From Bacteroidetes bacterium UBA1941 (GTDB taxonomy: Bacteria > Bacteroidota > Bacteroidia > Chitinophagales > LD1): a stretch of 64,000 bases of DNA. A program made the translations under genes and the position numbers. Positions 19,516 through 29,048 of the stretch are shown piece after piece. Under the pieces are notes generated by a model. The model had not been told where the DNA came from. It did not search any database and worked only from the letters and a program-made list of their open reading frames with translations. Each line of letters starts with the position of its first letter. Position 1 is the stretch's first letter. The stretch lies in assembly GCA_002336805.1 (NCBI GenBank), contig DDEZ01000002.1:32631-96630 (forward strand). Direction: 5' to 3'.

Positions 19516-19545
19516 AAAAAAAGGCGGCCCCTTCCCGGAGCCGCC
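19516..19545 (-). terminator. rho-independent terminator of the DUF4397-like gene (T-run on the minus strand)
   Basis: The minus strand reads GGCGGCTCCgggaaGGGGCCGCC followed by TTTTTTT. It lies between the convergent truA and DUF4397-like genes. Confidence 0.65.
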
Positions 19546-19571
19546 CCATAAAAACCCAACCCTAAGAATAA

Positions 19572-21272
19572 TTAGTTCATCACGGTGAACTTCGCATTGG
19601 CTACACCGTTGCGGGTAGTGATGTGCATCGTGTAGATACCGCTGCTCAGGTCAGAGGTGTTGATGGTGATCTGGTCAGCGCCGTTGCTATCTATAGTTTT
19701 TACTACTGCGCCGGTCATGTTCATCACTTCTATTGTGCTTGCTTCTCCTTTCAGAGATACTGTGATCTTATTGTTTGCAGGATTTGGATAGAGATTGAGA
19801 CCTATCTCGCTTGTTATATCCTTGATGCCGGTCACATCAGAGAGGGGTATCATATTGCCACCAGATGCCAGGGCTACCCAGATGCCAAATGTAGGGCCAT
19901 TGTTGTTGTTAGCAGGATTGAGGAAGCCCGAAGCCAGGGCTACGCCGCTCTGGCCACCCAGGGAGGATACATCGGCCAGGTAGCGCTTGAGTGTAGTGCT
20001 ACCGGCAGAGTCCTGCAGATCAAATACATAACTACCCACAGGTACTGGCAGATAGCCGGTCTGATCTGTGTAGGACGCATTGTCTACTGCGAGTATGCTA
20101 GGCACCTCTACGCGCACATCTACACTAGGCGCATCAGGCGCACCATGTATCACAAAGAAATCAAACTCACCGGATGATGCAGCCTGCCTGCGCGCATTGG
20201 GCTTGATCAGGAGCGTGAATGCAGTGCTCCTGCCATCAGGATTAGCAGCAAAACCTGTACCTACTACACCTGATGCGGTGACGACATAGCTGCTGTCTGG
20301 TGCCAACAGGATATTAGGGAAAGTAGCGATAGCCTGTGATACGTTAGTAGAATTAGCAGGAGCCACAGCTACTGTATGGTTTACATTAGACAGCAGCTGG
20401 ATGTATGGAGTAGCTGTGCGAAATTTGAAATTAGGTATTGCCTTAGCGCCATCTACATACACATCTACAGAGTCAGCAGCCGGGTCCGGTGCGTTATGTA
20501 TCACCTGCACATAGGACTGTTGCTGCTGTGGCAGTTCTACTACTGTACCATCTGCCAGTACTGCGAGTACTTTAAAAGATGGGCCATTGTTATTGGCCGC
20601 CGGAGCCAGAAAGCCAGAAGCGATGACCAGTGCAGATTTGCCACCCAGGCCGGAGAGATCTGCCACATATTTTGCCAGCGCAGTAGGGACACCTGCTGGG
20701 GCTATCTCTATAGGATACCAGGTAGGAGGTACGGTCAGGTAGCCACTGGCGTCGCCATATTGAGCATTGCTCACCAGTGTAGCACCTCCCGTCAGATTTA
20801 CATCCACACCCGGAGCGTCCGTCACACCATGAAATACGGCAAAAGATACGGTACCAGCACCTGATGCAGTCTTTGCGGGTGCGACTACCTTCAGGTCAAA
20901 GGCGGTGCTCTTGCCGTTAGGATTGGCTGAGAAGCCTGTGGCTACCACACCGCTGGCTACCACTATATAGCTGGAGTCTGCCTGCAGGGGTCCGAGGGTA
21001 AAGTTCTTGAGTGTATCTGCAGCGGACATAGAGGTGGAGGGTGCCACGCCTACATTCAGGGCTACACCAGATGGCAGGCTGAGAAAGCCTGTAGCTGTGC
21101 GGAAAGCAAAATCGTTGAGGGCCAGTGTGCCGTTTACATAGACATCTACAGAGGCTGCGGCCGGGTCAGCACAGTTGTGTATGACCTGTACATTGGCAGT
21201 CTGAGCATAGAGGCCCGAGGCGGTGGCTACGAGGCCCGCCGAGATCAGGATGGTTTTGAAGAGGTTTTTCAT
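19572..21272 (-). CDS. secreted DUF4397-like repeat protein with a type IX secretion C-terminal sorting domain
   Basis: 566 aa. It has a signal peptide and two roughly 230-aa internal repeats (VQVIHNCADPAAASVDVYVNG and VQVIHNAPDPAADSVDVYVDG). The C-terminus LNLYPNPANNKITVSL...GIYTMHITTRNGVANAKFTVMN is a typical T9SS CTD. Confidence 0.8.
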   Translation of the reverse strand: MKNLFKTILISAGLVATASGLYAQTANVQVIHNCADPAAASVDVYVNGTLALNDFAFRTATGFLSLPSGVALNVGVAPSTSMSAADTLKNFTLGPLQADSSYIVVASGVVATGFSANPNGKSTAFDLKVVAPAKTASGAGTVSFAVFHGVTDAPGVDVNLTGGATLVSNAQYGDASGYLTVPPTWYPIEIAPAGVPTALAKYVADLSGLGGKSALVIASGFLAPAANNNGPSFKVLAVLADGTVVELPQQQQSYVQVIHNAPDPAADSVDVYVDGAKAIPNFKFRTATPYIQLLSNVNHTVAVAPANSTNVSQAIATFPNILLAPDSSYVVTASGVVGTGFAANPDGRSTAFTLLIKPNARRQAASSGEFDFFVIHGAPDAPSVDVRVEVPSILAVDNASYTDQTGYLPVPVGSYVFDLQDSAGSTTLKRYLADVSSLGGQSGVALASGFLNPANNNNGPTFGIWVALASGGNMIPLSDVTGIKDITSEIGLNLYPNPANNKITVSLKGEASTIEVMNMTGAVVKTIDSNGADQITINTSDLSSGIYTMHITTRNGVANAKFTVMN

Positions 21273-21412
21273 GTTTGTTTATTTTGTTTAACCATTTAAC
21301 CCCATGAGTTAAACAAAGTTTGGCAATGCGGCCTCTTTTAAGAATTTTAACAAATATGTCATTGGGGCTTTTGTCCATGAGTGGGCGACCAGATGTGCTT
21401 ATATTTGCTGAC

Positions 21413-23203
21413 ATGTCAGAATCTGGAAAAGGCGGCCTCGATCTACCTCTCGTCAGGAGAGTACTTGGACTGGCCAGCCCCTACAAAAAAGAGTTTTACA
21501 CCACGATCATCCTATCTATCCTGCTGGCCGGGATGGCCATGGTACGCCCTATACTGGTGCAGCGCGCCATAGATTATCATATTATCCGCTTTGATATGCC
21601 GGGCCTGCAGCTGATAGTACTGGTCATGCTCGGCTCTCTGGTGGTGGAGACTGTCATGCGCTACTACTTTGGCTATATCTCTGCCTGGCTGGGCACTAGC
21701 ATCATCCGCGATCTGCGCCAGCGTGTTTATGATCACATCATCCACTCACGCCTCCAGTATTTTGACACGACACCCATAGGCACCTCCACCACGCGTACCA
21801 TCACAGATGTAGAGGCTGTGAATGACACATTCTCTGAGGGGCTCATCTCGATCTTTGCAGACATCCTGACCATAGCTGTAGCAGTGACGTGTATGCTGAT
21901 ATTCAACTGGCAGCTTGCTTTAGTTTCACTGATCCCACTGCCATTCTTGCTGATAGTCACGAGGTGGTTTCAGAGAGGTGTCAAGGCATCTTTTCAGGAT
22001 GAGCGCACACAAATAGGCCGGCTCAATGCCTTCCTGCAGGAGCACATCACAGGTATGCGCATCATACAGATATTTAATGTAGAAAAGCAGGAGCGCAGCA
22101 AATTTCAGGGAATAAATGTGCAGCTACGGGATGCGAATGTGCGCGGCATCTGGTATTATTCGCTTTTCTTCCCGGCTGTAGAAATACTCCTCGCTACAGC
22201 TATAGGCCTTATGGTGTGGTTTGCCTCGGGGCAGATGGTGTGGCATGCTGCCAAAACAAACTCGGTGATAGACGCCTCATCTGTGGGCACTATCAGCCTC
22301 TACATCATGCTGATCAATCTACTCTTCCGCCCACTGCGCTTTATCGCGGACAAGGTGAATACTATCCAGCGGGGCGTGATAGCAGCAGAGCGTGTTTTCA
22401 AACTACTGGACAAAGACCAAAGCATACCAGACCATGGCACCTTCACACCAGAGCGCAGTCAGGGCAAGATAGAGTTTGACCATGTATGGTTCGCCTATGA
22501 GCATGACAACTATGTATTGAAAGACCTTACGTTCTCTCTCCCTGCGGGAGAGACGCTGGCCATAGTAGGTGCCACTGGCTCGGGCAAGACCTCTACTATG
22601 TCACTGTTAGGTCGGTTCTATGAGATCAATAAGGGCGACATCAAAATAGATGATGTGAGTGTAAAAGATTATAGACTCCCGGCGCTGCGCTCACAAATGA
22701 GTATCGTACTACAGGATGTTTTCCTCTTTGCAGGCAGTGTATATGACAATATCACGCTGCGCAATGAAAAGATCACACGCGATACAGTGATAGCTGCGTC
22801 CAAAGCTATCGGCGCACACGACTTTATCATGCGCCTGCCGGGAGGCTATGACTACAAGGTGATGGAGCGTGGCGCCACACTGTCTATGGGCCAGCGGCAG
22901 CTGATATCCTTTGTACGCGCGCTGGTGTATGATCCGGCTATCCTGATACTGGACGAGGCTACATCATCTATAGACACAGAGTCTGAGCATGTAGTGCAGC
23001 AGGCCATAGAGAAGCTGGTGAAAGGCCGCACTTCTATCGTGATAGCTCACCGCCTATCCACTATCCGTCACGCGCACAAGATCATGGTACTGGAGCATGG
23101 AGAGCTGAAAGAGTTTGGCAGTCACGATCAGCTCATGGCGCTCGATGGCCGCTACAAGCATCTCTACGATATGCAGTTCAATCAGCAGAAAGAAGTGGCG
23201 TAG
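21413..23203 (+). CDS. ABC transporter, fused permease/ATP-binding exporter (MsbA/MdlB-like)
   Basis: It has a six-helix TMD followed by an NBD with Walker A (GATGSGKTS), the signature (LSMGQRQ), Walker B (ILILDEATS) and an H-loop (IAHRLST). The start is probably the ATG at 21413. Confidence 0.9.
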   Translation: MSESGKGGLDLPLVRRVLGLASPYKKEFYTTIILSILLAGMAMVRPILVQRAIDYHIIRFDMPGLQLIVLVMLGSLVVETVMRYYFGYISAWLGTSIIRDLRQRVYDHIIHSRLQYFDTTPIGTSTTRTITDVEAVNDTFSEGLISIFADILTIAVAVTCMLIFNWQLALVSLIPLPFLLIVTRWFQRGVKASFQDERTQIGRLNAFLQEHITGMRIIQIFNVEKQERSKFQGINVQLRDANVRGIWYYSLFFPAVEILLATAIGLMVWFASGQMVWHAAKTNSVIDASSVGTISLYIMLINLLFRPLRFIADKVNTIQRGVIAAERVFKLLDKDQSIPDHGTFTPERSQGKIEFDHVWFAYEHDNYVLKDLTFSLPAGETLAIVGATGSGKTSTMSLLGRFYEINKGDIKIDDVSVKDYRLPALRSQMSIVLQDVFLFAGSVYDNITLRNEKITRDTVIAASKAIGAHDFIMRLPGGYDYKVMERGATLSMGQRQLISFVRALVYDPAILILDEATSSIDTESEHVVQQAIEKLVKGRTSIVIAHRLSTIRHAHKIMVLEHGELKEFGSHDQLMALDGRYKHLYDMQFNQQKEVA

Positions 23204-23205
23204 CC

Positions 23206-23246
23206 ACAAAAGAAAATCCGGAAACCAGCTTGCCTGATTTCCGGAT
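23206..23246 (-). terminator. terminator hairpin between the convergent ABC exporter and superoxide dismutase genes
   Basis: ATCCGGAAA, a 13-nt loop, then TTTCCGGAT. On the minus strand it is followed by TTTTCTTTTG. Confidence 0.6.
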
Positions 23247-23273
23247 CCTCCGATATGCTTTATAGAAGCAGAA

Positions 23274-23885
23274 CTACTTTACAGCCTCTTCGTACCTCTT
23301 CTCTACTTCCTTCCAGTTGATCACATTGAAGAATGCAGACAGATAGTCCGGACGGCGGTTTTGATAGTGCAGATAGTAGGCATGCTCCCAGACGTCTACG
23401 CCTAGGATCGGTGTTCCCTTTACTTCAGCTACATCCATCAGTGGGTTGTCCTGATTAGGTGTAGAGCTGACCACGAGCTTCTTGTCTGCGCCTACGCTCA
23501 GCCATGCCCAGCCAGAGCCGAAGCGGGTAGCGCCAGCCTTGGCAAAGTCTTCTTTGAACTTGTCAAAGCCGCCGAGCTGTGAATCGATAGCCTCTGCGAG
23601 CGCGCCAGATGGAGTGCCACCGCCATTAGGGCCCATCACCTGCCAGAAGAAAGCGTGATTCCAGTGGCCGCCACCGTTGTTGCGTACCGCAGCAGGGTAC
23701 TTTGAGATATTGGCTACCAGCTCTTCCAGAGATTTGTTTTCATTCTCCGTACCAGCCAGGGCGGCGTTCAGGTTATTGACGTAGGCTGCGTGATGCTTGT
23801 CATGATGTATCTCCATCGTGCGGGCGTCGATATGTGGTTCGAGTGCATTATTTGCGTACGGTAGAGGATCTAATGTGAATGCCAT
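23274..23885 (-). CDS. Fe/Mn superoxide dismutase
   Basis: 203 aa with [25 protein letters not shown] and DVWEHAYYL. The metal specificity cannot be decided from the sequence alone. Confidence 0.95.
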   Translation of the reverse strand: MAFTLDPLPYANNALEPHIDARTMEIHHDKHHAAYVNNLNAALAGTENENKSLEELVANISKYPAAVRNNGGGHWNHAFFWQVMGPNGGGTPSGALAEAIDSQLGGFDKFKEDFAKAGATRFGSGWAWLSVGADKKLVVSSTPNQDNPLMDVAEVKGTPILGVDVWEHAYYLHYQNRRPDYLSAFFNVINWKEVEKRYEEAVK

Positions 23886-24028
23886 GATGTGTTTAGTTTA
23901 TTTGAGTGAATAATGATAATATGGACGAATGAATCCGGATACGATTTTACAGCCTTAAAAATGAAAAAACAAATGTATTCGGGTATCGCTCGGATGCCAG
24001 GCGGTGCCGCACTTTCTGTGCCAACCAG

Positions 24029-24475
24029 CTACTTACCCCGCTTACCCTTAAAGAACTCCGACATCAGCATCCCGCATTCATGCTCTAACACACCTTGTTT
24101 AAGCTGTGTTTTAGGATGGAACATTTTAGGCCCAAACTGACTATATCCGGCCTTGGGGTCTGCGGCGCCATACACCACCCGACTCACACGTGCCCAGCGC
24201 AGGGCTGCGGCACACATGGGGCAGGGCTCGACGGTCACATAGATCGTACAGTCTTCCAGAAACTTGGCGGCCAGGTAGTTGGCGGCCGCTGTGATGGCTA
24301 TCATTTCTGCGTGAGCAGTCACGTCGTTCAGGCGCTCGGTCTGATTATAGCCCTTGCCTATGATCTTGTCATTGCAGACTATGAGTGCGCCGATAGGCAC
24401 CTCATCGTCCTCGCGCGCATAACCGGCCTCTTTCAGCGCGAGCCGCATCCAGTATTCATCATTGAGCAGTATCAT
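24029..24475 (-). CDS. tadA: tRNA adenosine(34) deaminase
   Basis: 148 aa with the CDA zinc motifs HAEMIAI and PCPMCAAAL. Confidence 0.9.
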   Translation of the reverse strand: MILLNDEYWMRLALKEAGYAREDDEVPIGALIVCNDKIIGKGYNQTERLNDVTAHAEMIAITAAANYLAAKFLEDCTIYVTVEPCPMCAAALRWARVSRVVYGAADPKAGYSQFGPKMFHPKTQLKQGVLEHECGMLMSEFFKGKRGK

Positions 24476-25421
24476 CGGCGTGCAGGTTGAAAATGAAGAA
24501 ATAGCCGGCTATGGCCGGGATCAGCAGGTTGATAGCCCAGAGCAGCACGGGCACCATAAAGACACCGAGCGTCATCTCCGCTCCGCAGTCATGAAACACC
24601 AGCAGTGCTATACCACCGCGCACAGTGAGGTCTGTGAGCGGGATCAGTGGTGATACCGACTGGAGGAAGAGCACCAGGCTGATAGCAGAGATCAGCTCAA
24701 AGACGCGACCATCTATGCCGGCAAAACGCAGCAGCAGGTAGTACTGCAGCACATACACACTATAGCGCAAAAAGCTGGTCAGAAATACCAGCCACTTATC
24801 ATTGCGATGCGGTGTTTTCTCTGTGCTGATGATATAGCTGTCAAACCGTAGCCCAAGGTGGTGCAGCCAGCTGACCACCTGCTCAAAGGAGATATAAAGC
24901 GCTATCAGCACAAAAGCCAACGCTGCAAAGCCAACATAACTATAAGGACTAAAAAACGCCTCTGCCTGACCGGAGTAAAAGCGTAGCATGAAGAGCGCAA
25001 CAAGAAAGGTAACAACACTCTGGGCTATGCCTCCTATGGCGCTGAGGTAGATACCATCTACGCGTTCCCCCTTGTGCAGAAACATCACTCTGCCGGCAAA
25101 CTCTCCCACCCGTGCCGGGGTAGCAAAGCCGATGGACAATCCGCCTAATACAGAGCGCAACGCTTCGCGCAAGGTGACACGGGAGGAATGCTTGAGGAGT
25201 ATCTTCCATTTCACAGCCTCTAGTATCCAGTTTAGCGGCATGAGCAGTATGGCCAGGGCCAGCAGCGCAATATTTCCTCCGCTGAAACGCTGTATAAATA
25301 GATCCAGCGAACCGACAAAACTCTGTACTGATGCCAGCCGCCGGTAGATGACGAAGGACATAAAAATGAAAATGCCTACTTTTAATGCGAGCAGCAGGCG
25401 GCGGTACACGGGTGTATCCAT
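24459..25421 (-). CDS. flippase-like / lysylphosphatidylglycerol-synthase TM-domain (UPF0104) membrane protein
   Basis: 320 aa, polytopic and hydrophobic, with a basic N-terminus. The family call is from general resemblance only. The 3' end overlaps the tadA start by 17 nt. Confidence 0.5.
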   Translation of the reverse strand: MDTPVYRRLLLALKVGIFIFMSFVIYRRLASVQSFVGSLDLFIQRFSGGNIALLALAILLMPLNWILEAVKWKILLKHSSRVTLREALRSVLGGLSIGFATPARVGEFAGRVMFLHKGERVDGIYLSAIGGIAQSVVTFLVALFMLRFYSGQAEAFFSPYSYVGFAALAFVLIALYISFEQVVSWLHHLGLRFDSYIISTEKTPHRNDKWLVFLTSFLRYSVYVLQYYLLLRFAGIDGRVFELISAISLVLFLQSVSPLIPLTDLTVRGGIALLVFHDCGAEMTLGVFMVPVLLWAINLLIPAIAGYFFIFNLHADDTAQ

Positions 25422-25462
25422 CTATCGCTAGTAAAGGTGCTAAAACAATTTGAAAATCAGTC

Positions 25463-26035
25463 ATGGCTGCGGATAAATCACAGGCTACACAGCGGACCAT
25501 CATAGGTATAGACCCCGGCACGATCGTGATGGGCTATGGCGTGATCACCGTGACCGGCCAGACGATGAAGCTCGTGAGTATGGGCGTGATCCAGCTCTCT
25601 AAGTATGATGACCACCTGGACCGACTGCGCGTGATATCTGAGAAGGTCAAAGGCCTCATAGAGCAATACAAACCGGAGACCTGCGCTATAGAGGCGCCCT
25701 TCTTTGGCAAGAACGTGCAGTCTATGCTCAAGCTGGGCCGGGCACAAGGTGTCTCTATCGCCACAGCCCTGGTACATGGTGTGTCAGTCACAGAATATTC
25801 TCCCAAAAAGATAAAGCAATCCATCACCGGCAATGGCAATGCCACCAAGGAGCAGGTAGCTGCCATGCTACAGCAGCTATGCAAGTTTGACCTCCAGCCG
25901 AAATTCCTAGATGCCACAGACGGTCTGGCTGCGGCAGTCTGCCATCACTTCCAGAGCAGCTCAGTGATCACCGGCGGAAAGAAGTTTAGCGGCTGGGGAG
26001 ACTTTGTAAAGAATAACGAGAAGCGGGTGAAGTAG
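25463..26035 (+). CDS. ruvC: crossover junction endodeoxyribonuclease RuvC
   Basis: 190 aa with IIGIDPGTIVMGYGVI (catalytic Asp), AIEAPFFGKNVQS and DATDGLAAAVCH. Confidence 0.9.
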   Translation: MAADKSQATQRTIIGIDPGTIVMGYGVITVTGQTMKLVSMGVIQLSKYDDHLDRLRVISEKVKGLIEQYKPETCAIEAPFFGKNVQSMLKLGRAQGVSIATALVHGVSVTEYSPKKIKQSITGNGNATKEQVAAMLQQLCKFDLQPKFLDATDGLAAAVCHHFQSSSVITGGKKFSGWGDFVKNNEKRVK

Positions 26036-26038
26036 CCT

Positions 26039-28945
26039 TTACTTCTTAATCGCCCTGTACACGATCTTCTGCAGATCGGTCCGTATCCCCATCTTCACCA
26101 GCTTAGGATTTTCCGCATCCGGATAGACACGGTTTGACAGGAAGATGAACGTCAGATTATTATCCGGATCGCTCCACACGCAGGTACCCGTAAATCCGGT
26201 ATGGCCAAAGACGCTCAGCGGTACTTTATTGTACGTTGGACTTTGCTTGGCCGGGTCTGGTTCTGGCTTATCAAAGCCCAGACCGCGACGCGATTTGGTA
26301 GTAGCTCTCTGGGTAAACAGGTCAATGGTAGCTGCATTCAGGATGCGCTTGCCATTATACTCTCCTTTATTCAGCAGCATCTGCATCAGCGCCGCCAGGT
26401 CAAAAGCATTGCTAAATACACCCGCATGGCCCGCCACGCCACCATACATCGCACTACCCGGGTCATGTACGAATCCACGCACCGTCTGCTTGCGGAATGT
26501 CTTGTCATTCTCTGTAGGGATGATACGCGCTAGGTCATAGCGCTCCGTAGGCTTGTAACCGATGCGCGTCAGGCCCATGGGCCAGTAGATGTTTTCATAG
26601 ACGAAGCTATCCAGCGGGCGGCCAGATACCTCCTCCACTACTTTTTGCATGATGTAGAAATCGAGATCACTGTAGAGATAGCCGGCATCCGGCTTCACCT
26701 CTGAGTGCGACATGATGTGCCACATGGTGTCAGCATAGTCACGGCGGATAAACATGCCGTCTGCCACCCTATAGCAGAAGGTGTCGTTACAATAATTGCG
26801 ATAGTGCAGGTCATACTGCTCCGGACTGGTCGTGTATTTGTAAAACTCTACAAAAGCCTTGAGCCCCGCCTGGTGTGTGAGGACATCCGTCAGTTTCAGA
26901 CCGCGTATCGTGGCGCTATCATCCAGGCGCAGGTAGTCTCCTACAGTTTTGGTCAGGTCTATCTTCTTTTCGTCATAGAGCTTCATCACAGCCAGCGTGG
27001 TCGCAGCTATCTTTGATATAGAGGCTATGTCATAGAGGTCCGTGGTCTGTACTTTGTCTTTTGAGTTCTCATAGATCTTGCTGCCGTAGGCTTTATTCCA
27101 GATCACTTTATTATCCTTTGCCACCAGCACCTGGCAGCCCGGATAGGCATGGGCTATCATGCCATTCAGTATCACCTCATCCATCTCGCGCAGATCTTCT
27201 GTCTTCATATGCACATCTTCTGGCTCTGCTATCTCCAGGCGCATGTGCTGATCTGTAGTGACACCTGTACCCGCACGAAATTTCTCAGACGCAGATACGG
27301 GCAGTTTGCCTAGTGCCGGCATGGCACCGAATAGTACATTGGCAGCAGCAGGTTGCGTCACCTCATTGTCCTCATAAGCTACGATGATATTTTTCTGCGC
27401 CTCAAAAAACTTCAGGCTATAGGGTGAGCCGAACAACACTAACACCACTTCTGTGCGATGTGACAGGCTATCTATGAAATCGAGCGTATTCTGATTGATT
27501 CCAAAATTGGATGCAGGCATGCGGCTCATGCCATGAAGGTCTACGATGACACGCTGATATTTAGACAGCGTATCGAGCAGGGGCAGCAGTGTATCGTTGC
27601 TCTCCTTTGGAGAGTTGAATAACGGTATCTCGGCAAATTGGAAGACAGCTTTTTGAAAATCTGAATAGCCCTTGTGGTCTATAGATACCGATGCGGTCTT
27701 TTTGACCGCCAGGTCTTGCAGCGGGATCTGCCCGCCCTCATTGGCTGCTATGGTGATCGCTTTTTCGAACAGCTCACGGCGGAGCGCTATAGCTGTGTCC
27801 GTATTAATATCGTAGTATAAATTTTCGGGGCTGATGGGATGCCACTCGCGCAGGCCCAGCTTGTATTTATATGCGAGTATTTTTTTGACATGTTCCTCCA
27901 GGGTGGCAGGAGACAGTGTGCTGTCGCAATACGCTTCAAATATCTTCTCTTGCCCCTTTTCCGGATTTTCAGAGTACTCCAGCACATCTGTGCCTGCCAT
28001 GAAGACGATACTGTCAACGATACCCTCACGGTACTGGCTGGTCACAGCTTTCATATTCAGCGCATCTGAGAAAACGATCCCGTCGAAATGCATCTGATCT
28101 TTGAGCAATCCAGTCACCACTTTCTTTGACAGCGATGTAGTCACTGTATCCAGCACAGGCACATTCAGGTGAGCCACCATCACACCGCCTATGCCATTGC
28201 TCAGCATCGCGCGAAAAGGGAACAGCTCAAACGCTTCGAGCTTGTCCAGTGGCTTGAGTACAGTAGGCAGGGTTTTATGTGAATCCTTATCTGTGTCTCC
28301 GTGTCCCGGAAAATGCTTTGCACAGGCCAGCACATTAGAAGACTGCAGGCCATCAGCATACTCTACGGCTTTTATCGCCACTTTATACCTGTCTTCTCCA
28401 AAGGAGCGGTCATTGATCACCGGGTTCTGCGGATTGCTATTGATATCCACCACCGGGGCAAAGTCCACCTGCACACCTATGCGCCTGCTTTCCCTTCCTA
28501 TCTCTTCACCCATTCTCCGGATGAGCGTATTATCACTCACCGCCCCCAGGGTCAGGTTATGAGGAAACGACGGCACTGAATCCAGGCGCATACCGAGGCC
28601 CCACTCCGCATCGAGGGCTATCATCAGTGGTACTTTAGAGAGTGATTGCAGCTTATTGGTCCAGTCGAGCTGGGTAGTAGGATGGCCACGGAAGAAGATA
28701 ATACCACCGGCCCTGCCGGCGCGCACCAGAGACTCTACACGAGCCATCTCAGGCACAGAGTCCGTATGAGCCGAGAGCATGTAGCACTGCGCGATCCGCT
28801 CTTCTATAGTCAGCGAGTCATATATTTTATTGACCCAGGCCATGCAGGCCGGGTCGTGCCGCCAATCATAAAAAGGTGTGACAGTCTGAGCATGTACCAC
28901 AGCTGCCAGACTACTCGCCATTAATAGTAAAAAGGCCTTTCTCAT
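26039..28945 (-). CDS. fusion of a glycoside hydrolase family 3 (NagZ-like beta-N-acetylhexosaminidase) domain and a serine hydrolase/beta-lactamase-fold domain
   Basis: The N-terminal half carries GH3 motifs (DAEWGLGMR, VDFAPVVDIN, KHFPGHGDTDKDSH). The C-terminal half carries a beta-lactamase-fold SxxK motif (ASISKIAATT) and a HTGFTGT-like motif. It has a signal peptide from the ATG at 28945. Confidence 0.8.
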   Translation of the reverse strand: MRKAFLLLMASSLAAVVHAQTVTPFYDWRHDPACMAWVNKIYDSLTIEERIAQCYMLSAHTDSVPEMARVESLVRAGRAGGIIFFRGHPTTQLDWTNKLQSLSKVPLMIALDAEWGLGMRLDSVPSFPHNLTLGAVSDNTLIRRMGEEIGRESRRIGVQVDFAPVVDINSNPQNPVINDRSFGEDRYKVAIKAVEYADGLQSSNVLACAKHFPGHGDTDKDSHKTLPTVLKPLDKLEAFELFPFRAMLSNGIGGVMVAHLNVPVLDTVTTSLSKKVVTGLLKDQMHFDGIVFSDALNMKAVTSQYREGIVDSIVFMAGTDVLEYSENPEKGQEKIFEAYCDSTLSPATLEEHVKKILAYKYKLGLREWHPISPENLYYDINTDTAIALRRELFEKAITIAANEGGQIPLQDLAVKKTASVSIDHKGYSDFQKAVFQFAEIPLFNSPKESNDTLLPLLDTLSKYQRVIVDLHGMSRMPASNFGINQNTLDFIDSLSHRTEVVLVLFGSPYSLKFFEAQKNIIVAYEDNEVTQPAAANVLFGAMPALGKLPVSASEKFRAGTGVTTDQHMRLEIAEPEDVHMKTEDLREMDEVILNGMIAHAYPGCQVLVAKDNKVIWNKAYGSKIYENSKDKVQTTDLYDIASISKIAATTLAVMKLYDEKKIDLTKTVGDYLRLDDSATIRGLKLTDVLTHQAGLKAFVEFYKYTTSPEQYDLHYRNYCNDTFCYRVADGMFIRRDYADTMWHIMSHSEVKPDAGYLYSDLDFYIMQKVVEEVSGRPLDSFVYENIYWPMGLTRIGYKPTERYDLARIIPTENDKTFRKQTVRGFVHDPGSAMYGGVAGHAGVFSNAFDLAALMQMLLNKGEYNGKRILNAATIDLFTQRATTKSRRGLGFDKPEPDPAKQSPTYNKVPLSVFGHTGFTGTCVWSDPDNNLTFIFLSNRVYPDAENPKLVKMGIRTDLQKIVYRAIKK

Positions 28946-29048
28946 CTGATAGCTAAACAACGAAATACCGCGCAAGCGTAGTACTCGCCTTAAGATACTT
29001 TATCTACAGCCGGGATGTAAATGGACAGTAAGGAATGCAGCAGGAGTA

